Shown: one piece after another, positions 1 through 9,285 of the stretch
Layout of the letters: every line of letters begins with the position of its first letter
Numbering within the stretch: the first letter of the stretch is position 1
Position numbers and translations under genes: made by a program
Source: an uncultured bacterium
Lineage (GTDB): Bacteria; Krumholzibacteriota; Krumholzibacteriia; Krumholzibacteriales; Krumholzibacteriaceae
Assembly (NCBI GenBank): GCA_963786935.1
Contig: CAWBAN010000001.1
Span: forward strand, 352,001 to 416,000
Direction: 5' to 3'
DNA length: 64,000 nucleotides
Notes under the pieces: model-generated
Database searches by the model: none
The model's input: the letters and a program-made list of their open reading frames with translations, nothing else
What the model was told of the DNA's origin: nothing

Positions 1-89
1 AGGAGCGCCGGCGCGAGGACGAGCGTGCAGAGCGCCGCCGCGAGCAGGGCCGTTTTCCGCGTGTGAGCCGATGCGTCGAGTCGAATCAT
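1..89 (-). CDS. Partial CDS (N-terminus, runs off the window); signal-peptide-like start
   Basis: Reverse strand from ATG at 89 reads MIRLDASAHTRKTALLAAALCTLVLAPAL: basic residues then a hydrophobic stretch; divergent from the next gene. Confidence 0.5.
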   Translation of the reverse strand, partial: MIRLDASAHTRKTALLAAALCTLVLAPAL

Positions 90-242
90 CGTTCGGGCTT
101 TGACTCCGTGCCGTTCCGGTGCGTTCCGGACGTTCATTGTACCCCATCGGCAGCGCGGCCGTCAGCGGTTTTTCCGGCGCGGCGAGATGCCGCTTGCATC
201 GAGGAGCGGCGGTGGTGTACGTTCGCGCTCGAAACACGAACC

Positions 243-1823
243 ATGCGCCGTTTGATGGAGATGACGAACGCACCCGAGCGTCTGAGGAACCGATACGATG
301 CGGCCGCGGGCCTGCTCGTCGCCGCTTTCGTCCTGTTCCTCCTCTGTGCGGGGCCGAAGCTGCATACGATCGAGATCCCCGATTCGGCCGAGAACGACGG
401 CTACGTCGCCCAGGCCGACACGATCCGGGCGGGCGCGATCCCGCGCGATCCGTATCATCCGCTCTTCTACCAGATCCTCTCCGCGGGGGCGGGATCCCTC
501 CTCGGGGACTCGTTCGCCGGCGCGAGGACCGTGTCGTCCCTCATGGCCGGGCTCTTCCTCCTCATGGCGTATCTCGCCGGGCGGTCGCTCGCCGGACCGG
601 GTGCGGCGCTCTTCTCGGTCGCGATGCTCGCGCTGAACCACAACGTCGTCACGGCGGGGATGGACGCGGCGACCGATATGTGCTTCGCGGCGCTCGCCGC
701 GGCCGTTTTTTTCTTCTCGCTGCGCGCGGCGGAGCGGCCGGGACGTGCGCCGGCCGTCGCGCTGGCCCTCGCCTTCGCGCTCGCCTTTTTCACCCGATCG
801 AGCGCCGCCTTCCTCCTGAGCGGCATCCTGCCGGCGCTCCTCGCCGATCCCGCGCGGACGGGGGCGCGGGGCAAGATCGCGCGCCTCGCCGTTTTCGCGC
901 TCGCAGCCGCGCTGTTTCTCGTCCCGCACTTCGCGCTGACGAACGTCGCGTTCGGCTCTCCGTGGCATAACGAGAACTGGAAAAATCTCGCCTTCAAGCT
1001 TCACGGCGGCGGCGACTGGTCCTATTTCAAGAGGATGCCGTACGACGGGCTCGTGTCCGTGATCGCAAGCGCCCCCCTGAAGCTCGTCACCTCGGCGTTT
1101 CGCGAGCTCGCGAGGTTCTTCTACTCGACGCTCGGCGCCGTCGGGGGGGGAGGGACGGCGGGAGGGATTTTCGCCGGCTCGGCGCTCTTCGGCGTCTATG
1201 CCGCGTGCTTCGGGATGGACCGGAAGCGGCTCGTCGCGCTCGCGCACCTCTGCGGCTACGTTGTCCTGAGCTGCGTGGCGTTTCTATCGGGGCCACGCTT
1301 CATGCTGCCCGTTCTGCCGCTCCTGTGCATCCTCGCCGCGCGGTTTCTTCTCGGCGGCCCGTTCGCGGGCTCCTTCGCGATCGGATCGCGGCGCGTGCCC
1401 CGCGTCGCCCCCGTGGCCGCCGTCGTGCTCGCCGCACTCCTCGTCTCGGCGATTCCGCATGTGCGGATGTACATGCGCGCGCAGCCGCTCGGCGAGCTCG
1501 ATGCGGCGCGTGCGATCGAGCGAGACTACGGCTCCGGGGTGACCGTTCTCGGGACGTTCCCCTTCATGCAGCGCTACGTTCGATACGAGTATCGCGCGCT
1601 CGAGGGCGCGGCGAGCGGGGAAGCGATGGATCTCGACGCGTATGTGCGCCGGCTGGCGGCCGCCGTGGAAGTTGCGGGCGCCGATTTCGTGATCGTCGGG
1701 GAGGCGAGCCTCAAGGGACGCCCCGCCGGGCTTCTCGACGCGGGGGAGGCCGCACCGTTCCTCGATCCTTTGCTCCGCGGCGACGGGGTCGTCGTGTACC
1801 GCGTCGTGAAAGACGCGCCCTGA
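243..1823 (+). CDS. ArnT/PMT-like GT-C fold membrane glycosyltransferase (GT39/GT83-like)
   Basis: Many TM helices; acidic first loop (ENDGYV), HPLFY, 'AGARTVSSL', 'ATDM' and 'PRFMLP' motifs typical of PMT_2 proteins. Start may be 243, 255 or 261. Confidence 0.75.
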   Translation: MRRLMEMTNAPERLRNRYDAAAGLLVAAFVLFLLCAGPKLHTIEIPDSAENDGYVAQADTIRAGAIPRDPYHPLFYQILSAGAGSLLGDSFAGARTVSSLMAGLFLLMAYLAGRSLAGPGAALFSVAMLALNHNVVTAGMDAATDMCFAALAAAVFFFSLRAAERPGRAPAVALALAFALAFFTRSSAAFLLSGILPALLADPARTGARGKIARLAVFALAAALFLVPHFALTNVAFGSPWHNENWKNLAFKLHGGGDWSYFKRMPYDGLVSVIASAPLKLVTSAFRELARFFYSTLGAVGGGGTAGGIFAGSALFGVYAACFGMDRKRLVALAHLCGYVVLSCVAFLSGPRFMLPVLPLLCILAARFLLGGPFAGSFAIGSRRVPRVAPVAAVVLAALLVSAIPHVRMYMRAQPLGELDAARAIERDYGSGVTVLGTFPFMQRYVRYEYRALEGAASGEAMDLDAYVRRLAAAVEVAGADFVIVGEASLKGRPAGLLDAGEAAPFLDPLLRGDGVVVYRVVKDAP

Positions 1824-1903
1824 GCCGTCCGCGGCATGCGCAGCAAGCCGTGCGCGGCAGCACAGGGAGCGGTCCGCCGCATGCGCAGGGAGCAGTCCGC
1901 GGC
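1822..1903. repeat. Degenerate 22-23 bp intergenic tandem repeat (about 3.5 copies)
   Basis: GTCCGCGGCATGCGCAGCAAGCC / GTGCGCGGCA-GCACAGGGAGCG / GTCCGCCGCATGCGCAGGGAGCA / GTCCGCGGC. Confidence 0.7.
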
Positions 1904-1914
1904 GCCCCGAATAC

Positions 1915-1944
1915 GAAAGGGCCGCTCGTTCGAGCGGCCCTTTC
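1915..1944. terminator. Probable bidirectional intrinsic terminator
   Basis: GAAAGGGCCGCTCG-TT-CGAGCGGCCCTTTC perfect inverted repeat between convergent genes. Confidence 0.75.
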
Positions 1945-2002
1945 CTCGTTCCGGGAAACGCTCCCGGGCGGCGCGGGCCGCCCGGGATTCTCGTCAAATC
2001 AA

Positions 2003-2860
2003 CTACTTGATGATCTTGAACTCGACGCGGCGGTTCTTCGCCCGTCCTTCCTTCGTGTTGTTCGGCGCGACCGGCTTGCTCTCGCCATAGCCCTTCGCGC
2101 TGAGGTTGCCCGCATTGATCTGCGGGAAGTTCGACACGAGGTAGTCGCGCACGGCCTTGGCGCGCGCGTCGGACAGCTTCACGTTGTACGCGTCGGTGCC
2201 GGTGGCGTCCGTATGGCCGCCGACCTCGACGACGAGATCGGGCACCTGCATGAGGATGGCGCCGATCCGGTCGAGCTCGTTCTTGGATTCGGGCCGCAGC
2301 GTCGCCTTATCGAGATCGAAGAGGATCGCCGTCGTCGAAATGAGGCCCGTATCGATGAACTGTTCCGCTTCGATCGGGCATCCCGTCTCGTCGACCTTGG
2401 TGCCGGCCGGCGTGTTCGGGCACTTGTCGATGCCGTCGAGGACGCCGTCGCCGTCGGAGTCGGACGGGCATCCCCTCGCGTCGACCGTCGCGCCGCGGGG
2501 CGTGTCGGGGCACTGATCGATGCCGTTGTAGACGCCGTCACCGTCGGAGTCGGACGGACATCCTACCGCGTCGACCGTCGCGCCGCGAGGCGTTCCGGGG
2601 CACCGGTCGATATCGTCCGTGACGCCGTCGCCGTCGGTGTCGACGGGCGCGGGCGGCGGAGGCGGGGGAGGAGGAGCGACCGCGCACACGCACCGCCACG
2701 GCCACGGCGCGGTGACGAAGCAAAGGATTTTGCTATCCGGTTGATCGGTCATGGTCGTGCGGAACTTCGCCCACTGGTTCTTGTAGCCGGCGAACGCCGG
2801 GGCGCACGTCATCGCGACGACCAGCGCGACAACCAGGAGAATAGCCGCGAATTGCCTCAT
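2003..2860 (-). CDS. OmpA-family peptidoglycan-binding protein with thrombospondin type-3 repeats
   Basis: Signal peptide, Pro8 linker, three DxDGDGVxxxxDxCP repeats, OmpA_C motifs GHTD, LSDARAKAV, GYGESKP, NRRVEF; SD AAGGAGG. Confidence 0.92.
   Translation of the reverse strand: MRQFAAILLVVALVVAMTCAPAFAGYKNQWAKFRTTMTDQPDSKILCFVTAPWPWRCVCAVAPPPPPPPPAPVDTDGDGVTDDIDRCPGTPRGATVDAVGCPSDSDGDGVYNGIDQCPDTPRGATVDARGCPSDSDGDGVLDGIDKCPNTPAGTKVDETGCPIEAEQFIDTGLISTTAILFDLDKATLRPESKNELDRIGAILMQVPDLVVEVGGHTDATGTDAYNVKLSDARAKAVRDYLVSNFPQINAGNLSAKGYGESKPVAPNNTKEGRAKNRRVEFKIIK
2372..2641 (-). repeat. Three 90-bp coding repeats (TSP3 Ca-binding repeats)
   Basis: DTDGDGVTDDIDRCPGTPRGATVDAVGCPS / DSDGDGVYNGIDQCPDTPRGATVDARGCPS / DSDGDGVLDGIDKCPNTPAGTKVDETGCPI. 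Confidence 0.9.
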
Positions 2861-3096
2861 GATCCCTCCTTCGAAACAACAACCACTTCTTGCGTCGTTA
2901 TCTGCTCCCCAATTCTGGTTTACCTTTTATCCCTTTCTATTTTTATTTGCAAGAGAATTTTTTCACTCGGGCAAAATTTATTAGCCGATAAATACGTCAC
3001 TTAGCCCCATCGAACGGCGCATTCCAGCCGTCGGCCGCGTACGGCTCCGCGGGGGCGCCCAGGGCGAGCGCGCCCTCGCGCGCGGCCGTCGCCGCC

Positions 3097-5445
3097 TCAT
3101 TTCCGTTCGAGCACGAGCAGCCTCCCCGACAGGAAATCGGCGATCCAGAGTCTGCCGTCGGCCGCGGTGATTCCTTTGGTGATCGAGTAGATCGCGTCCC
3201 CGAACTGAGCGTTCAGATAGAAGGACACGTTGCGCGAATCGAACCTCGTGTCGCCGAACGGGTATCGCTCGGTGTGGAGCATCGTGAATTTCCGCTCCGC
3301 CGGATCGAACTGCGAGACGCCGAGCGCGCGCTCGCTGTGCGACGTGATGACGAGCCTGTCTCCCCAGACGAAGAGGTTGTCGGGCAGCCCCTCGAAGGGA
3401 ATCCGGTACGTTCTGCCGTTTTCCCGCACCTCCTGGAGCGTGTTGCCGGCGTGGTTGATGACGTAGACCGTTCCGCCGAGGCGGCACAGCTTCAGCGGGC
3501 CGGCGCCGGCGGGGATCCTCCGCTCCGTGAGCGCGGCCTTGTCGACGACGGAGACGCTCCCCGATTCGAAGTTGGCGACGTAGATATTCGCGTCGTCGAA
3601 GACGAGATCGGAAGGTCCGCTTCCGACCGCGATCCGGCCGACGCCCTTTCTGGCGGCCGGGTCGATGACATGCAGGATGCCGGGATCCCCGTCCCTCTCG
3701 GCGACGCGGGCGAGATAGAGCCGGTTCGCTCCCGAGTCGAAGCGCAGGAGCCGCTGCGTGTTCTCCCGCTCGATCGTATCCGGCACGGTGACGCGCGCGC
3801 CGATCTCGAAGAGACGGATCTCGTCCGGGAGCGTGCCGAGCATCTGCTCCTCCTTGCCCCACAGGTTCTGGGTGAAGAAGAGCGTGCCGGACGAGTCGAA
3901 GACCATCTGCTGGGCCTGACGCGGGATGCGGCGGTCGTAGAAGGCGAGATCCCGGGCGCCGATGCCGAGGATGCCGTTCTTCGCGCCCCAGATGTACACG
4001 ACGGGCCAGTACGACTGGTGCGGCCCGTAGGAGAGATAAACGTTTCCGTCGGGCGTGGCGATCGACGCGACGGGAAAGTCGAACGGCAGCCGGTGCCGCT
4101 CGACCGTGCCGTTCGCCCGCACCTCGGCGAACTCGTCCTCGTTATTGAAGATGAAGAAGCTGCCGCGCGCGCTCACCTCGACCAGATCGACCGGGGCCCA
4201 CCCGGTGTATATCTTCTTCGTCGCGCCCGTCGCCGGATCGAGCGCCGTCACGGCGGCGCCGAAGGTCCCGTTGACCGCGGAGGCGCCTTTCGGGTAGTAG
4301 ACGAGCCCGTTGTTCGGATTGTGAGCCATGGTGAACATATGGGGGATGATGCCGAGATCGGTGATCCGCTTCACGAGCCGCCGCTCGGCGACATCGACGA
4401 CGTCGACCTCCCCGTGCGCCCAGCTCCCGATGTAAAGGATACCGTTCTTCGCGTCGAGGGCGCTCGCGTCGTTCCCGTACGCGGGGATCTTGATCTCGGT
4501 GACGGCGCCCCCCTTCCCGAAATCGACGACGTGGACGGACGGATGGTTGTCGTAGGGGATGTATACCTCGTCGCGGGCGGGGTTGTAGACGATCCCGACC
4601 CCCTCGGTGAATTGCGGGAGGGGCACGATTTCCGCCCCGCCGGCGAGGACGTCGATCTTCGCCGCCTCGATGACGCGGCGCGCGCTCGTCTCGACGACGA
4701 GGTAGAGCCGGTGCGTCGCGTCGTCATAGCCGGCGAGATGCCACCGTCCGCCGCTCGTGAGCTTGAGCGCCCGGGAGTTGAGGAGCTTCCCGGTGCGCCC
4801 CTCGAAGATGAACATCGTCGAGGTGTAGCCGTCGACGGCGACGATCCAGCCGAGCTCCGGCGCGGCGACGACCTTCCGGATCGGGGGCGGGGGTGTCGCG
4901 TTGAGATTGATGAGATCCTCGCGCGTCTCGAGCCACGGCGCCGGGGTAAACTTTCCCGATTTCGCCGAGTACAAGCCCAGCTCCTTGCTGTCGCGCCCGG
5001 CGAGAAACGCGTTGCCCGTCTCCTCGTCGACCGCGATCGATTCGAACTGCGCCCCGGTGCGGATCGTCTTCGAGGGGGCGCCGTCGCCCGAGACGATCGA
5101 GAAACAGCGGGATCCGATGAGGTACACCTCGCCGGTTTTCTTCCTGAGCGTCATCGCTTCAGCCTTGAGATGCTGCAGGGCGCGTCCCTCGACGGGCACG
5201 TTCATGACCGTGTGGTTCCGGCAGTCGATGAACGAGACGGACGAGCTGAGCGTGTTCGCGGCGATGAGCCGGTCGCGGAAGGCGTCCATCCGCAGGAGAA
5301 GGGGGCCCGCCCCGTTCACGGCGAGATTCGCCTCCTTGAGGAAATCGATCGTCGTGACCGAGACCGCTTCGGCCGCGCCCGGCGTCGCGGGAACGGCCTG
5401 CAGAAATGCCGCGAGGGCGGCGGCGATGAGCAATCGTCGCATCAT
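3097..5445 (-). CDS. Secreted YncE/YVTN-like multi beta-propeller protein
   Basis: Signal peptide MMRRLLIAAALAAF; YVTN-like blades (IAVGSGPSDL...IYVANFESGSVSVVD, VYVINHAGNTL); SD AAAGGAG before ATG 5445. Confidence 0.7.
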   Translation of the reverse strand: MMRRLLIAAALAAFLQAVPATPGAAEAVSVTTIDFLKEANLAVNGAGPLLLRMDAFRDRLIAANTLSSSVSFIDCRNHTVMNVPVEGRALQHLKAEAMTLRKKTGEVYLIGSRCFSIVSGDGAPSKTIRTGAQFESIAVDEETGNAFLAGRDSKELGLYSAKSGKFTPAPWLETREDLINLNATPPPPIRKVVAAPELGWIVAVDGYTSTMFIFEGRTGKLLNSRALKLTSGGRWHLAGYDDATHRLYLVVETSARRVIEAAKIDVLAGGAEIVPLPQFTEGVGIVYNPARDEVYIPYDNHPSVHVVDFGKGGAVTEIKIPAYGNDASALDAKNGILYIGSWAHGEVDVVDVAERRLVKRITDLGIIPHMFTMAHNPNNGLVYYPKGASAVNGTFGAAVTALDPATGATKKIYTGWAPVDLVEVSARGSFFIFNNEDEFAEVRANGTVERHRLPFDFPVASIATPDGNVYLSYGPHQSYWPVVYIWGAKNGILGIGARDLAFYDRRIPRQAQQMVFDSSGTLFFTQNLWGKEEQMLGTLPDEIRLFEIGARVTVPDTIERENTQRLLRFDSGANRLYLARVAERDGDPGILHVIDPAARKGVGRIAVGSGPSDLVFDDANIYVANFESGSVSVVDKAALTERRIPAGAGPLKLCRLGGTVYVINHAGNTLQEVRENGRTYRIPFEGLPDNLFVWGDRLVITSHSERALGVSQFDPAERKFTMLHTERYPFGDTRFDSRNVSFYLNAQFGDAIYSITKGITAADGRLWIADFLSGRLLVLERK

Positions 5446-5637
5446 GGGGAGTCTCCTTTCCTCTCGCCGGAACATTCCGGCTTCGATCGGGCGGCACCAT
5501 TATAATGCCGGGGCGCCTCGACGGCGACGCAAATTCGATCGTTCCGGCGGCGCGGCGCCGCACTATTGTCTTTACAAACGCCGCCGCGACGGCGAAAATC
5601 GTTTCGATCCGTAAACCGTGCAGAAGGAGGAATCGGC

Positions 5638-6036
5638 ATGAAGTACTCGATCGTCGCGCTGGCGGTGCTGTTCGCGATTCCCGCGATCGCCGCGAACGCG
5701 CAGGGGACGCAGGGCTTGACTGTTGAAGAAATGGTATTCTGCGCGGCGGTGCAGGACCGCGCGCCGTCGCTCCCCGATACGGCGTTCGCATCGACCATCG
5801 AGAACGTGTGGTGCTTCGTCAGGGTGGCCGGGGCGGCCGACACGACCTCGATCACGCAGGTGTGGTACTACAACGACCGCGAGATGTCGCGCGTGGAGCT
5901 CGCGGTGAAATCCTCGAACTGGCGCACGTGGAGCTCGAAGATGATACTCCCCGACATGCGGGGGGCCTGGCGCGTCGACGTTCTCTCGCCGGCGGGGGAC
6001 GTGCTGAAGAGCGGCACGTTCGCGATCAAGCCCTAG
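5638..6036 (+). CDS. DUF2914-like secreted protein
   Basis: Signal peptide; 'FCAAVQDRAP', 'VWCF', 'WRTWSSKMI', 'GAWRVDV' pattern; SD AAGGAGG. Confidence 0.8.
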   Translation: MKYSIVALAVLFAIPAIAANAQGTQGLTVEEMVFCAAVQDRAPSLPDTAFASTIENVWCFVRVAGAADTTSITQVWYYNDREMSRVELAVKSSNWRTWSSKMILPDMRGAWRVDVLSPAGDVLKSGTFAIKP

Positions 6037-6091
6037 CGCGCGGGACCGGTCGTCCGCGGCGCGGCGCCCGCCCGGAGCGGGAAGGAGTGCA

Positions 6092-7759
6092 ATGACATCA
6101 CGAATCGGCATCGATCGCTCCGTTCTTCAGGTTTGTGCCCTGTTGCTCTGCGCGGGCCTGCCGTATCGCGGCGCCGCCGCGGCGACGGTCGGGCGGAGCG
6201 TCCCGCCGCTCGTCGTTCGCGCGGCGTTTCCCGCGGATGCGGGCGAGCGCGTCATCCACGTGAGCGTCGACGGGCTTCGCGGCGACGTGATAGCAGCGCT
6301 CGGTCCCCGCGCCGCGCCGCATTTTTACCGCCTCAGGATCGAGGGCGCCTTCACCGATAACGCGCGCAACGACGTCGATTACACCATCACGCTTCCGAAT
6401 CATGCCTGCGAGCTCACGAGCCGTCCGGTGCTCGGCCCCGACGGGCACGGCGTCTCCTTCAACAGCGACGACGGACGAACGCTCGAGCAGATCCACGGCT
6501 CCTATGTCGCCGGCGTTTTCGACGTCGCGCACGACCGCGGCCTCGCGACCGGCATGTACACGAGCAAGAGCAAGTTCGCGATCTTCGACCGGAGCTGGAA
6601 CGAGACCTCCGGAGCGCCCGACACGGCGGGAGCCGATAACGGGCGGGACAAGATCGACGCGTACGTGTACCAATCGAACACGGCCGCGCTTCTCGACAGC
6701 TTCGTCGCGCGCATGACCGCCGCCCCGCACGGCTACGCCTTCATTCATCTCGCTGATCCGGACGCCGCGGGGCACGCGTACGGGTGGGAGAGCACGAGCT
6801 ATATCGCGGCGATCAGGAAAGTCGACGGCCTCATCGGGCGCGTGCTCGATCTGATCGACGGGGATGCCCGATTGACGGGGACCACATACCTCGTCGTCAC
6901 CGCCGATCACGGCGGGGCCGGGACCGATCACGCCGACGCCGCGAATCCGCTGAACTACACCGTGCCCCTCTATGTGTGGGGTCCGGGCGTCCCCGCGGGG
7001 GCGGATCTCTACGCGCTGAACGCGTCGTCTCGGGCGAATCCCGGAAACACGAAACCTCCCTATACGGCATCGCCGCCGCCGATCCGCAACGGCGAGACGG
7101 CCAACATCTCGCTCGATCTCCTCGGGCTTCCGGCCGTCCCCGGCTCGGTGATCGATCCCGCCCAGGACTGCGACGCGGCGCTCCCCGGCGGCGCCGCCGC
7201 GCTGCCGGCCGTATCGATCACGAGCCCGCCGCCCGGCACGTCGCTCGAATATCCTGCCGGCGTCGTCATCGAGGCGGCGGCCGATCCGCCGGAGGGCGCG
7301 CTCGCGTGCGTCGAGTTTTTCGCGAACGGCGTGCCGCTCGGAGCGGATTCGACGATTCCCTATTCGTTCGCGTGGACCGAGATTCCCCTCGGGAGCTACC
7401 GGATCACGGCGCGCGCCGTCCGCGACGACGGGATCGCCGCGGCGGCGAGCGTCGAGATCGAAATCGGCTCGCTCACGGGGAACGCCGACGGGCCCGCCCC
7501 GATGCGCATGCCGCGAATCTACCCGAATCCCTTCGACCGGATGACGACGATCCAGTTTTCCCTGCCGGATAGCGGGAGCGTCGAGGTCGACGTGTACGAT
7601 CTCCTCGGGCGCCGCGTCGAGCGTCTTCTCGACGCGCGTCTCGGCGAGGGAGCGCACGAGGTGACGCTCGACGCGTCGGGCTATGCGCCGGGGATCTATT
7701 TTCTGAGGCTTCGTTCGGGCGGCGTCGTGCGTACGGGAAAGCTCATGATCGTTCGCTGA
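6092..7759 (+). CDS. Alkaline phosphatase superfamily (nucleotide pyrophosphatase/phosphodiesterase-like) protein with Ig-like domain and C-terminal sorting domain
   Basis: SVDGLR, TITLPNH (Thr nucleophile), DPDAAGH and VTADHGG metal motifs; Ig-like VSITSP...YSFAW...; C-terminal IYPNPF...PGIYFLRL...KLMIVR. Confidence 0.85.
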   Translation: MTSRIGIDRSVLQVCALLLCAGLPYRGAAAATVGRSVPPLVVRAAFPADAGERVIHVSVDGLRGDVIAALGPRAAPHFYRLRIEGAFTDNARNDVDYTITLPNHACELTSRPVLGPDGHGVSFNSDDGRTLEQIHGSYVAGVFDVAHDRGLATGMYTSKSKFAIFDRSWNETSGAPDTAGADNGRDKIDAYVYQSNTAALLDSFVARMTAAPHGYAFIHLADPDAAGHAYGWESTSYIAAIRKVDGLIGRVLDLIDGDARLTGTTYLVVTADHGGAGTDHADAANPLNYTVPLYVWGPGVPAGADLYALNASSRANPGNTKPPYTASPPPIRNGETANISLDLLGLPAVPGSVIDPAQDCDAALPGGAAALPAVSITSPPPGTSLEYPAGVVIEAAADPPEGALACVEFFANGVPLGADSTIPYSFAWTEIPLGSYRITARAVRDDGIAAAASVEIEIGSLTGNADGPAPMRMPRIYPNPFDRMTTIQFSLPDSGSVEVDVYDLLGRRVERLLDARLGEGAHEVTLDASGYAPGIYFLRLRSGGVVRTGKLMIVR

Positions 7760-7817
7760 CGCGGCAGCCGCTTCGGACGGCGGTTCGATGCCGCCCGCCG
7801 GGGAGGCGCATCATTCG

Positions 7818-9191
7818 ATGAGCAATACCCTGCAGTCGATCAATCCCGCGACCGGCGAGGTCGCGGGCGCCTACGAGGAGCTCTCGCGGGAAGCCGCCGC
7901 GCGGGCGATCGATGAATCGCACGCGGCGTTCGAGCGCTGGCGAGAAACCTCGTTCGCCGAGCGGCGCGCGCTCATGGAGCGCGCCGCGGCGGTGCTGCGC
8001 GAGCGCTCCGGGGAATACGCGAGGCTCATGGCGGTCGAGATGGGGAAGCCGGTCCGCCAGGGGCGCGCCGAGATCGAGAAATGCGCCTGGGTGTGCGAGT
8101 ACTACGCGACAAACGCGGCGGACTTCCTCGCGCCCGAGACGGTCGCGACGGACGCGAGCAGGAGCTACGTCGCGTACCGGCCGCTCGGGGTCGTTCTCGC
8201 CGTCATGCCGTGGAATTTCCCCTTCTGGCAGGTGTTCCGGTTCGCCGCGCCGGCGCTCATGGCGGGGAACGCCGGCGTCCTCAAGCACGCTTCCAACGTG
8301 TGCGGCTGCGCGCTCGCGATCGAGGATGCGTTCGCGGCTGCGGGATTTCCGCGGGGTGTGTTCCGGACCCTCATCGTCGGAAGCGGCGCCGTGGACGGGA
8401 TCATCGCCCATTCCGCCGTCAGGGCGGTCACCCTCACGGGAAGCGCGGCGGCGGGGAGGGCGGTCGCGCGCGCGGCCGGCGGGCATCTCAAGAAGACCGT
8501 GCTCGAGCTCGGGGGGAGCGATCCGTACGTCGTGCTCGACGACGCCGACGTGGAGCGGGCGGCCGCCGCGTGCGCCGAGAGCAGGCTGATCAACGCCGGT
8601 CAGAGCTGCATCGCGGCGAAGCGGTTCATCGTCGTCGAGTCGCGGCTCCGCGAATTCACCGAGCGGCTCGTCGAGGAGATGCAGCGCCGGACGGTCGGCG
8701 ATCCGCTCGACGAGGCGACCGACGTCGGGCCGCTCGCGCGGCTCGACGCGAGAGACGATCTCCACCGGCAGGTCGCCGAGAGCGTGGCGCGCGGCGCGCG
8801 ATGCCTCCTCGGGGGCCGGGTGCCCGCGGGCGGCGGCTCGTTCTATCCGCCGACGGTGCTGGCCGGCGTGACGAAGGGGATGAGCGCGCACGACGAGGAG
8901 CTCTTCGGTCCCGTCGGCGCGGTCGTCGCCGCGCGTGACGAGGAGGATGCGATCCGCGCGGCCAACGACACGAGCTTCGGGCTCGGCGCGGCCATATTCG
9001 CGCGTGACACGGAGCGGGCCGATCTGATCGCCGCGCGCCGGATCGAGGCGGGCTCGTGCTTCGTCAACGCGTTCGTGAAATCCGATCCGCGCCTTCCCTT
9101 CGGCGGCGTCAAGGAGAGCGGGTACGGGAGGGAGCTTTCACGTTTCGGGATCAGGGAGTTCGTGAACGTGAAGACCGTCTACATAGCCTGA
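7818..9191 (+). CDS. gabD: NAD(P)-dependent succinate-semialdehyde dehydrogenase (Sad/GabD1 type)
   Basis: SINPATG, VMPWNFPFWQ, LKHASN, LELGGSDP, NAGQSCIAAKR, EELFGP, PFGGVKESGYGRE. Confidence 0.85.
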   Translation: MSNTLQSINPATGEVAGAYEELSREAAARAIDESHAAFERWRETSFAERRALMERAAAVLRERSGEYARLMAVEMGKPVRQGRAEIEKCAWVCEYYATNAADFLAPETVATDASRSYVAYRPLGVVLAVMPWNFPFWQVFRFAAPALMAGNAGVLKHASNVCGCALAIEDAFAAAGFPRGVFRTLIVGSGAVDGIIAHSAVRAVTLTGSAAAGRAVARAAGGHLKKTVLELGGSDPYVVLDDADVERAAAACAESRLINAGQSCIAAKRFIVVESRLREFTERLVEEMQRRTVGDPLDEATDVGPLARLDARDDLHRQVAESVARGARCLLGGRVPAGGGSFYPPTVLAGVTKGMSAHDEELFGPVGAVVAARDEEDAIRAANDTSFGLGAAIFARDTERADLIAARRIEAGSCFVNAFVKSDPRLPFGGVKESGYGRELSRFGIREFVNVKTVYIA

Positions 9192-9285
9192 CCGCGCGCG
9201 GGTGACGCCGGTGGGGCCCCCGCCCGAGCGCAGCGACAGCGAGCACGGGTGGGGCGCAACCGGCGGCAGGACCCGCTCACGGCCG

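Noticed and set aside
1822..1903. Short repeats considered as a CRISPR array
   Set aside because: Units are contiguous with no unique spacers, and there are no cas genes in the window.
2900..3000. AT-rich island with ATTTAT-N6-ATAAAT palindrome considered as foreign DNA or an element end
   Set aside because: Explained as the ompA promoter region; no transposase, target-site duplication or partner repeat.
3274..5505. Many long antisense or alternate-frame ORFs (e.g. 3274-5505 +, 13763-16474 +, 28471-30714 -, 34023-35963 -, 60198-62636 +)
   Set aside because: Arg/Ala/Gly/Pro-rich shadows of real genes, expected from stop-codon scarcity in high-GC DNA; no recognisable motifs.
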